Assembly: GCA_028534125.1 (NCBI GenBank)
Contig: CM052816.1
Location: 97,776,001 to 97,840,000, forward strand
Origin: Lama glama
Taxonomy: Eukaryota
Direction of reading: 5' to 3'
Length of the DNA stretch: 64,000 nt
Shown: positions 51,943 to 64,000 of the stretch, piece after piece
Layout: every line of letters begins with the position of its first letter
How positions within the stretch are numbered: the stretch's first letter is position 1
Position numbers and translations under genes: made by a program
The notes under the pieces: generated by a model
Database searches by the model: none
The model's input: the letters and a program-made list of their open reading frames with translations, nothing else
Told to the model about the DNA's origin: nothing

Positions 51943-53367
51943 CCCATATACCTTAGAAAGCTCACAATCTACTGAGTAAATAAAATAAATTTGAAAAAAG
52001 TTAAATAACACAAAGGAAATACCATTTTCTTACGATGATAAAGTTGGGTGTCAAAAAGGTGGCTGACCGATGATGATTCCAGGACTCACACAAGCCTTCT
52101 GACCCTCCAGGAGGCTCGGAGAGGAGGAGGGACCCACCGGACACGGGTGAAGAAGCCGGCCCCGGAATGGGCGGACAGAGTAAAGGAGGACCGGGTCGCC
52201 CCTAGCAACAGCCAACGCTCCCCCTGTGCCCCGAGAGGTCTCGGGACCCAGGCAGGACCCCTCCCAGCACCAGGGCTTCTACAGCTTGGCAGCGAGCTGG
52301 GAATTCGGGACACGAGGAGGCAGGTAGGCCCGGAAACCTCCCAGCCCCCTCTGTTCCGCACCCAGAGCAGAATTCAGCCCCATTCAGGCTGTGACCCCTC
52401 AGTGTCACCTCCGGCCAGCGAGATGCTTCTCAAAGAGCCCAGCCCCTCGGGCCCCACCCAGCCAGTTTCTTTGAAAGCATCACCGAGGATGCTGGCCTGG
52501 CTCGGGGACCCCAGGAAGGAGCTGCACTCTGGCCGGCTTGTCACCCTCCTTGTCCAGGGCAGCTCTGGCCCTCAGTGAGGGACCAGATGGGGTCCCCAAA
52601 CCCCAGCCACAGCCACCTGGTGGGGGGGCGCAAATACTGATGGGAGCATTTAGAGACCTCTGAACACTCAACAGCATAGCTTCTGTCTGTCAGATCCAAT
52701 AACTAACCACTTGAGCTTTTAATTTGTGGGTTTATTCCCAGGGTTTTTGCTTTTTCCCTTTCATTTTCCTCGTAATTCAGCTTTATTGTATTTTACATGA
52801 CGATTGGTACATGACCAACGGGAAATTAACAAACGAACACGCGCAAGTCCCTCAGCACAGACCGTCGGCGAGGCCCGCCACCAGGGAGCATCGGCACGTC
52901 CGCCCTCTATGGAAGGAATGGCCCGCCCGCCTGCAGGGCAGCGGGGCCGTCCAGCCACGCAGCCGCACCTGGCCAGGGCCCCAAGGCTCGGGCCGGCGCC
53001 AAGTTAACCCCACGGGGCCTGCGCCCAGGCTGGCCAGCGTCCCCAAACCGGGAGGAGGGACAGCTTCTCTCTGCACCGGGGGCAGGGACCCCAGGGCCGC
53101 TCCCGAGGCCGGCCCGGGACCCGGCGCTTTGGCCAGCTCGGCAGCATTTGTACGCTCTGCAGGGGGGTCAGCCCCAGGCCACTGAAGAAGGGGTATCTTT
53201 TCCTTCCTAAACAAGAGCTGGGTAAAATAAATCAAGGTAGGTAATAATTCAGGCAGTAGGGAGAGGAAAGTCGGGTGTGGGGGGGTAATAATACAGTGGG
53301 GAAGGCCACTCTGAGGCCCCCAGAGAGACACCCTGGGATTTCGGGAGCAGAGATGGGGTTGAGGGTG

Positions 53368-53496
53368 TTTTTTTTTAATTCTATCTTTTTCTCTTTTTTC
53401 ATAGGGGAGGTAATTAGATTGACTGATTGATTGTGCTGGAGACTGAACCCAGGGCCTTATGCAGGCTGAGCAGGCTGCCACTGAGCTGTAGCCTCC
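53368..53496 (-). mobile_element. Diverged camelid-type tRNA-derived SINE
   Basis: Minus strand reads ggaggctacagctcagtggc...ggccctgggttcagtctccagca...ctaattacctccc plus an A-rich tail; homologous to the SINE at 10807. Confidence 0.75.
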
Positions 53497-55814
53497 ATCA
53501 CCACCCAGGCTGTGTTTTTGAAAGACCAGTGAAGCAGCTCCGTGGAGGGAGGGGCGAGCCCAGGTGGCCAGGGTGAGGGAGAACAGATGGGTCTAGTTCC
53601 TGAGGAGGTGCAGGTAGCAGATTTAGGGGCCGAGGGAGGTCCATTGGACGAGGCAGGATGGTGGAGGAAGGCTGACAGGGCTGCCCCAGGAGCAGGTGAG
53701 GACCCAAGTGGAGGGGAGGGGCCAGTGCGCTCCGGGGCCTGGCAGATGCTTGTGGGAAATCCAGCGGGCACAGGTAGAGCTGGGAAATGCAGAGAAAATG
53801 GTGTGGAGGCTGTGGACGGTGGGTGTCCTGTGCCCTGCCCAAGAGAAGCAGGGCTGAGGTGGACCCCGAGGTTTCATGGCATCGTGGGGGTCCTGCCTTG
53901 AGGGGCCTGGCCTCGAGGGGCACACAGCAAAGACCGCTTGGATGTGGCCCAGTAGGAGGTGGGAGGGTGGAGACAGCCCCTGCGGCAGCTGGTTCAAGAA
54001 GAGGAGGCAAGGAGGCTACCAGAGGGAGATGAGACCTGGAAGGTTTGGAGGCTGGGGGGACCGGACGGAGGGCTCAGAGGACAAGGATAAGTGGGCCCCT
54101 GCAAGGCGGTCTCTGGCCAGGATGGGCAGAGCTCCCTAGGTGTTTATCTACAGTGTCGGGCAGTGCCCTGGGGTGGGGCTTTCTTTGTGACACTGGGAGG
54201 CAAGGCCACATCTGAGAGGGAAGTGAGGGAGCAGGGAGGTGAGGCTGTGAACTTAAACTAGAGGGGGTTTGAGTGGCTGGAAAGCGGGAAGGAGCACCTG
54301 AACGCAGAGGGCACGGGGAGCTGTGTGCCACCCTGCTGAATGACCTTGGCTGAGCTTCTTAACCTCGGTGCCTCCACTTACTCACCTGGGGATGGGACCA
54401 CAGCGCTGATGGCCCGCCAGGCCCCTGGTATCACAGGAATGACCCAGGCGACTAAGTGCTCAGAACGTCAGCCTCATCTCTACGGGGCCCTGCCTGGTAC
54501 TGGCTGACCCCACAATATCCCTGACCCTGCACGCCGTGCCAGGGGGTCAGCAGGGGCATGAATCCCGGGTGGGGGTCTTGCAAGGAGAACGCAATTGAGA
54601 GACAGCAGAGAGGGACTGGACAAGGGCCTGCGTACACATGAAGCAAGGGCCACGTAGCCGGATGGGCAAGGAGGCACGGGGCAGAGGAAGAAGACGGGAC
54701 AGGAGAGGCCCCAGTGTTCAGCAGGGTAAGTGGAGAGAGCTAAAAAGACCAGAAGCTGGGACCAGAGCGAGTGCTTAAACCGTCACCACACACTTTTCCA
54801 GGGTCTGTCTTTATGAAGACCAGCATCTTATGATACAAACGTTGGCCACGAAAAACAAGTTCAAGTGGTTTTATCGTTAACTGTTTAAACACATCTACCA
54901 GGGTGGCCCCAGATGCACCCTCAACACTCAGGTTCAGCCTGAGCTCAGCGGTTTCTCTGGGGATGTCGGAGACCTAGCGGGGCTCCGGGCGGTGTGCAAA
55001 GGAGCCCGTGGCCAGTGCACATGATCGTGTCACCGAGCTGGGCTGTGACCACCATCCCTGGTCTGAGTGTCCCCGTGTGAACCACACTGCTCCAGCTGCT
55101 CTCTGAGCAGACGTGGACTGGGCCTCCGCTGCCGACACCCCTTCACCATGGACATGCGCTCAGGACTCTGCCAACACGGGCTCAAGAACCAGCGCCTGCC
55201 TCGAGTCACAGACGTCTCACCAAAAGTGGCCACGACATACCATTCTGGGAACTTTAGGACATCAGTGTCTCCAGCACTCGGGTTCTGAGGTTCTGGACGG
55301 AATGCAGCATTGGGGAGAGCTCGGTCACCCCGCACCTCAGCCACGTGGCTTCACTGAAGGCAGAGCTCAGCCTCTAGACGAGTAGCTCCCTCACTGGTGT
55401 CAGGCTGTTTACAAACTTCCTTACAAATTCTAATCAAGAGTCACATTTTAAGCCACATCATGGCTGTTTGGTGGTTTAAAATGCATTATTTTGAAGTGAC
55501 ATAATTATGCTGACCTAAGAGATGCAGGAGAAATGAACGCTTCGTTGGGGGTCACAGTGCACAGGGTCACATGGGCGTGTCAGAAGCTGCAAGGAAGGAG
55601 TATCAGCGAAGTGACTGATGCCCCGTCAGCAAAGCCGCGACAGCACGCGTCCTGCTTCGGCTCTGACACCCCGGACCCAGCCTGCAGCCTCAACCAGGTT
55701 CTGAATTCACTGAACCAAAGGTGGCGCTGCCCTAACTTAGAGAAGTCAAGAATGAAAACCGCAGGAACCTCCCTTCCCCTTGAAAGGAACGACCCACTCA
55801 AGCACAAGCACCAC

Positions 55815-57841
55815 CTGGTTTCCAAAGTTTATTAAAAATCAAAGAATAGAAAAACTTTACATAAAAATATGTCAATTTTAGCTTCCACATTGTTGTCCAC
55901 ACACAAAAAAAATCGAAACATGATATCTTGTTCAGCCTGCAGCACGTGGCCACAGGGCGGCCGGGCCAATTCATCCGTTCACCGTGGCGGGACTGGAGCT
56001 TGGCGCCCGCGTCTGGGACCGGGAATCGCAGGGGGCCCCCACAGGCACCCGCCTCCGTCCCCGCAGCGTTTCCTTAATGGAGGGCTATAGTCAATATTGC
56101 TAATGTGTAGAGATTAGTACAGGCCTACGTATCAGTTTTTATAAATATTTCTTTATCAATAGGTTCACAATTTAAATATCTTTAAATATTTTTGATAACC
56201 TTCAATCATCAAGAACCACAGACGGAGTGTGCCACTCTGCTCCAGGCGCCTCCTAGAACCGGCAGGCGCGGCGACAGCTCTCAGGGCGTGTGGGCCGGGC
56301 CCGCTTCCCTCGGGCAGCCCGCCGGCAGGGCAAGCACTGGTCCTCGCTGGGTGTCCGTCGCGCTTGGACCCCCAGCACTCCCCACTCCGCTCGTCAATCA
56401 GGGCTCATGTAGCAAGCTTCCCATCCCAGCCGCCTCCACCGGTGGACTTCAAAGACCAGCCCACCTGCAGTGCTCAGCAGGGCCAGAACCCCGGTGCCAA
56501 GCCCGGGAGGCAGGGCACCTAACTCCCAGGACAACTGCAGTGCTCCGAAAACTCAAGGTGAGGCGGGGTGGACAGATGCATGTTCAGAAGTGGGAACAGA
56601 CAGTGGCTGTCGTGGCAGGACACACCTGCACAGCACACCCGTGTGCGGCTCACGTCGGGCGCGGCCACTCCGGCCCGACCTGGGCTGGGCTCTCCTGAGA
56701 CACGTTAACCCCCACGGTGCACTGAGCAGCTCAAGCTCTTCTCATGTATTTGCTCTTAACAGAACGAATGCTACTGCTACAGATTCCACAATGGAATCAA
56801 CATAATTCCTTTCTCCACATTCCTAAAACTGGGTACCACTGTCCATACTGATACTCACCAGACCCAACATTACAGGCTCTGTTACTAAAACTGACAAAGT
56901 TCACATTTTTTTTTTAAGATTTTATAATGTGACAATCTTTCCTCTCCTTAGAAAGTTATACTCTGGCACTTTAAATGCTGGATCTGTTGTCTAGTTTAAA
57001 AGAAACAAAATCCAAAACGTTAAAACCCCGTGGTCACAGCGAGACACAGACAGGCCGGACGGCAGAGCCGGCGGGCAGCTGGTCAGAGGCGCTGGAGCCG
57101 CACCCCTCTGGACACCCGCGGGGGGACACAGCTCCTTCACCACAAGCTGAGAGGCCTCACGTCTGACCAAAAGAAGGAACAGAAAATAAGCCCCAAGCCC
57201 CTCACTCGTGGTGTTGGCAACGATGCTCATCAGACAACCAGCCGACATGATGAACCCAACTTAGAAAATGCAACTTGGGAAAGGATCTCAGCATGTTTAA
57301 AAAAACTCCCTCCTCCCTCAAATATAACTTATGTGAAAATATGAAATTAAATAAAAAATATCTGAGTTATTGCACAAATCATAAGTTTTCAATATTTACA
57401 TAGAAAAACAGTCCTGAAATCTGAAACAAAATGTGCGGGCAGTAAAACAATGAGGACCTCCCAAGGGGGATGGGGTCTGATCTCCGTTGCTCTGATGTGA
57501 AATCAAAGTACCCGACGCAAAGGACAAGACACAGTACCGAGAAGTGCCCAGGCCCACGGCCCGTCCCCGCAGTTCCTGGCCCAGCCCCGCTCCGGCACTG
57601 AAGGGAGAATCCTGGGAAGGCAGAAAACAGCGTCCACGTCTAATAAGGCTTCACAGATGAGCACAAGGAGCTGTTCTTTTAAGATGGACGTGACCACCAC
57701 ACAAGGAACATGCAGAGTGATCAGCAGCGGGCGTGAGGCCCGGGCTGGCGGGCTGGATGCTGGTCTCAGGTTCCAGCCGGGCGCAAGGCCACCCGGCTGC
57801 GGTCTGCGGAGGGTGGGGCCAGGCGGCGGTGCCCAGAGCTA
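55815..57841 (-). other. TENT4A: TENT4A 3' UTR (~2 kb)
   Basis: Runs from the stop codon to the poly(A) signal; no recognisable repeats; contains AU-rich blocks. Confidence 0.75.
55828..55833 (-). terminator. TENT4A: Polyadenylation signal AATAAA of TENT4A
   Basis: Plus-strand tttatt; U-rich sequence upstream on the mRNA and a GU-rich element (ggtggtgcttgtgcttgagtgggt) downstream; cleavage inferred near 55810-55816. Confidence 0.75.
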
Positions 57842-58186
<345 letters not shown>

Positions 58187-59058
58187 TCAGCGCAGCACAC
58201 GGGCCACGCGGTCTCGTCAGCACCGTGTTACACGTGCGCACACACCAGGCAACACGGAGACGCCGACAGAAAGCCGACCTCTGACATCTCACAGTGGCTC
58301 CGTCGACGTGAGAACTGTGGGCCCCTTTCAAACTCCATGCATTCACGTCCAAATGCACCTAGCATCTCACTTCCGCCTGGTTCTCCTTGTCCACAGAAAG
58401 AAAAGGGCCCCTCTCCTTATCTCCCCCCGACTTTGACTGTGACATTCTAGGAACACAAGAGTTCTCCACATGCTGCCGAGCCCCACGCAGAGCAGACGGG
58501 AAGACGCAGCTGGTTTGGGGAAGGCTTCAGAGCAAAACCAGAGCACCGTCAGGGAGAGTGCTTTCGCTCTCTGCAAAGTCTTACTCTCATCCTGAGCACT
58601 TCGAACAGGTCAGCCTCACACTCAGGCTGTGACGGGATGGACAAAGCCAAGAAGGAACGTTCTATTACGTAGCCCCAAGTAAGAAAGTTATCAGGACTTA
58701 ATGTCCTAAGTCCAAGGAGCCAACCCTCAGGGACCGAAAACTTACTGGCAGAGTATAATCAGACAAGCAACGGGGGCACCGGCCGGAGTCACGAGGTGGC
58801 CTAGTGCCATCAGAGCCCGGGGAAGGCCCTGGGCCTTCAGACAGCACACCTGGACTCCCACACGCCAGGACGCCACTCACAGTTCTTCCAAATACCCTGG
58901 CGCTTGGAGAGCCCAGTGTCTTGATAATGACCCATTTTCCTGATACACAAGTTTCTAACATGTGGGATCTGGACTTAGAGAAGCCACAGGGCAATGGATG
59001 AACGTGTTCACAGAGACCTCCGGGCCTCAAATCTGCCTGGGGGCCCCCACAGCCGTAT

Positions 59059-59187
59059 GGAGGGAGTGGCGCTGAGGGGACAGGAAGGAGTGACGTTGAC
59101 AGGAGGGAGTGATGCCAGGGGACAGGAGGGAGTGACTCGGGGGGACAGGAGGGAGTGACGGGACAGGAGGGACTGGCGCTGGGGGCG
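59059..59187. repeat. Intronic G-rich minisatellite (core gacaggagggagtgac, ~5-6 imperfect units)
   Basis: Directly visible. Confidence 0.85.
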
Positions 59188-59541
59188 ACAGCACTCCACA
59201 CGGCCATCATTCTGGTTTCACTGGTCGCTTCTTGAAAACCAAAGTTTTTAGCGTGTAAATTAACAGTTAAGTGGGAAGTCAAAATATTCTTCACTTCCAA
59301 TTTAACTTCTATGCTAACGAGCGCAACAGAAGAATTAAGAGAGATGTTTACAGAAATGAATTTAACTACATTAAATTTTAAAATAATTTCCTAACACTTG
59401 TAAAGTTTTGTTTCTTACAAGGGAAAGCAAACAGGAAGTTGAATGACCAGAAAACAAACTCCCTTTGAAAAATCTCTCTGTGGGATTCCCTCTCTGGTGG
59501 AGAAGCGTTAAGCACCGGCCTACCACGAGCCCGCCTGGTCA

Positions 59542-59820
<279 letters not shown>

Positions 59821-61464
59821 TTAGCGTGGGCCCACTCTCACCTCGCAACCTGTGTTCTGACTCAGAAACATGCACTCACAACAGCAAGGACAGTGCCAAG
59901 GGTGCCCAGTCACCCAGGTCATAAGGCTTAACAGTCTCTGAAGACCAAACAATTAAAAAAAATGACAGTCGCCAGAGTAACCACTGGGCCTCATATCTCC
60001 GGGAAGAGCCACCACAGCCCACGCAGGGCTAGAGGCCCGAGCCCAGGCCCACGGCCAGGATGACTGCCTCCAGCTCCCAACCCCCCTCCTGCATCATGGC
60101 TCCGTCATGTGCGGAGGTGCGGGCGCGAGCCCTCTCCTCAGACCTTCGAGAACCTCACTGCTCACGTCTCAGAATCATATGCCTTTACCCCAAAAACCTC
60201 TGCAGAGCGGCTGTGCCTCCCAGGACCACGGGCACAGCAGGAGCTGGGCCTCGGGGCACACTTGGCACCCTGTCCTCACCCTTCCCCACATCCCCGGGGC
60301 CCCAGGACCCCTCAGCCTCTCCTGGGCACAAGTGGCTGCAAAGAGCCCACTCCCGGGCTCTCTGACAGCTTCGTGCCCCCCAGCTCTAAGCCCCCTCTTT
60401 CGCCCTGAGCAGTGACCTCACTGCTTCGCGAGCCCCATGGGGCACTGCGCCCCTAAGGTTTTCGGGTGGGATTTCACTCACTCACTTGACTAGAAGTAAC
60501 GTTTGAAGTCTGGAAATAAAATAAGAAAGTGGGCTTTGAGCCTTGTTTTAGAGCTTGGATGATCTTAGCTTTCGCCTCACTGGCTGTTAGTGCAGCTGAC
60601 TGATGGCACCACAGCCCAACACGTGGCCCCGGACTGTGCCCGACACCCGCGCGGGAGCAGCCGCACGCGGTGCTCCGACAAGTTGAGCCTGAGGAAGCCC
60701 AGAGCCAGGGCTTCCCTGCGGCGAAACTCAGCTCACAGCGCAGGCAGCCGCCTCGGCCTTTCACGCTCACGCAGTGTCTGGTGGGGCTCTGCTAGCCGCC
60801 ACTGCGTGTCCCCGGCGGCTACACTCAGGCCCGCCACGACCTGGGGTGTGTCCCGAGACTAGCCTCCCAGGACAGAGAGCTGATGTTGCACATGGATTTT
60901 CATTACTAAGCCCACGTTATAACCCATGCTGCAAAGCAAATTAATACGATGGCTTTATATATTTGCAATTGATACACATTTGGGATGTAGATACAAAATT
61001 TTAAATGTTTAGAATTACATTTTAGACTCAAATTTTGTCTATATTTTAAAAAAGAGGACATATTCTAATAGAAAGAGCCCTATAAATACCGCCTAATGAA
61101 CAACATGGAAAAGTCAAAGTTTGTATCAAAACTGAGGAAGAGTGCAAACAGATTCTCAGTGGGAAGCAAGGACAGGTGTCCGTTTCTGCCCAGGGACAGC
61201 ATCGGAGCCCCTCTCTCCCACACAATCCCAGGACAGAGGTCTCACGCTGGGCAACATGTAATTTCCAGAAAGACAATTTGGACCTTGTCAAAAGCCATTT
61301 CGGTGCCCAGGAACCAGCACGGTGAACAGTGAACCTCCACAGCATGGATTTTCACAGAACGAGAGGGTTCACATTCCAATAAACCACCACACAAGAGCCC
61401 TTCCCACAGAGAGAAACGCACCCTCCAAAGAGTTTAAAGTTCTTTTTCTAACTCAAAAGGATCA

Positions 61465-61785
<321 letters not shown>

Positions 61786-62107
61786 TTACAAGGATACAGG
61801 CAGCCCCAACCCACACAAGTCTCCTTCAAGTCACATCAAGACTGAAGAACATCAGAGAGGAAGCACAGAAGAGACACCCAGACCGCAGCTTTCATCTCCA
61901 AATAAGTTTTTAAAAAAAAAATTCAGGGAAGTCCACGGCAGCCCCCGTGCACGGCACCGCTGCTTACGAGGGGCCTCACACCTGTGAGACTGGCGCCCAC
62001 TGTCACCGGAGGCTCGTGGCAGAGTGGGGACGGCTGGGCACAGCCTGGGGGTGGCCATAGGCACACAGGAAAGTGAGAACGAGGGGGGCCGCTTAAACTC
62101 ACTGCTA

Positions 62108-62332
<225 letters not shown>

Positions 62333-62424
62333 TCAGCCACCCTTGCAGGCCCCGCCGAGACCTAAACCTGCCCCTGAGGCCGACAAACTAAATTTCTAAC
62401 TTAACTTTTCTTTTCAATTAACTT

Positions 62425-63007
<583 letters not shown>

Positions 63008-63612
63008 TCACCAGGGGCCACTTCACACAGCACAGCACTGTGCTAGTGAACGATGGCGAAGAAGCTAAGACAACTTTACAAAAGCCGTACGACTGCTGAC
63101 GTCTGAGTCCAAACACACCTTGAGATCACAGCACAAAGTTGGGCCCTGACGCATAAGCCCATGAACCTACGTCTACAGAACACTGTTTAAGTCTTCAGTG
63201 ATCCCAGAGGTCCCCTGTGCCCACTTCTCACTGCACGGGCAAAAGCGGACACACCAAGCACCCACCCCGGGCCCCAAGCTCTGCTGGAAACACGGTGCGT
63301 GGCTGGAGGCCCTGGGAGCCCACGTCCCTCACCGATGCCAGGCTCAGAACCCGCTGCCTGCACAGCCTGCCAGGAGCACCACTACCCCCTGCTTCAACCT
63401 CCCCGAAGCAAACACCCTAAAGAAAAGCTCAACTCCCCAAATAAGAAATTTTCAGCTCCTGACCGTGGATGACCATCCTGAACTCCAGAAAGGCCTTCCT
63501 TTACCAGTAACTTCAAGTTCTACTAAAACACGACAACACGTCCCTCACCAAGCTTCATGGAAGCAAAGGGCAGAGGTAAGGAAGCCAGTGTCGCGGGGCC
63601 GGGGCACAGTTA

Positions 63613-63834
<222 letters not shown>

Positions 63835-64000
63835 TCACCCCAGCAGCACGGCCGGCCGGATCAGCACCAGCAAACACGCTGCCCACCGCCCGTGGGCAGC
63901 CCACGGCGTTCCCGGGCTGAGAGCCTATCTCACCGTCATCAGACCAGTCAGTGTCCCCCTCCACTAGCAGAGATGTCATTCACAGAGACAAAGTGACAGT

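Noticed and set aside
48945..54010. Many 150-210 aa ORFs (e.g. 49025-49618, 50444-51040, 52048-52578, 52852-53481)
   Set aside because: Pro/Gly/Ala/Arg-rich, overlapping in several frames, with no domains or exon structure; one starts inside a SINE. Expected by chance at this GC content.
56435..56446. tccaccggtgga hairpin as a CNGG-type ZCCHC14/TENT4 autoregulatory element
   Set aside because: Only a 4-bp stem with a tetraloop; I found no convincing CNGGN pentaloop stem by eye.
56966..56973. GCACTTTA, a miR-17-family 8mer
   Set aside because: It is on the plus strand, antisense to the TENT4A mRNA.

Overview
Mammalian genomic DNA, most likely camelid (camel or alpaca), inferred from two tRNA-Ala-like SINEs and cetartiodactyl-type L1 and LTR sequences. 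The right end (~55.8-63.7 kb, minus strand) holds the last six coding exons and a ~2 kb 3' UTR of TENT4A (PAPD7/POLS), a non-canonical poly(A)/mixed-tailing polymerase. All its splice sites are GT-AG with consistent phase; the upstream exons lie beyond the window. The other ~56 kb is downstream intergenic DNA rich in L1, MaLR/ERV LTRs, L2, MIR and hAT relics, with three assembly gaps. Nearly all ORFs in the supplied track are chance ORFs or L1 fragments. I found no convincing novel gene system. The best second-look items are a three-level nested L1 with a twin-priming inversion and both TSD pairs visible, a MER41-like solo LTR with two GAS (STAT) motifs sitting head-to-head with the CpG-rich 5' end of a young L1, alternative splice sites in TENT4A, and miRNA/Pumilio sites in its 3' UTR. 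Repeat family names come from my recall of consensus sequences, not from a search, and most repeat boundaries are approximate.
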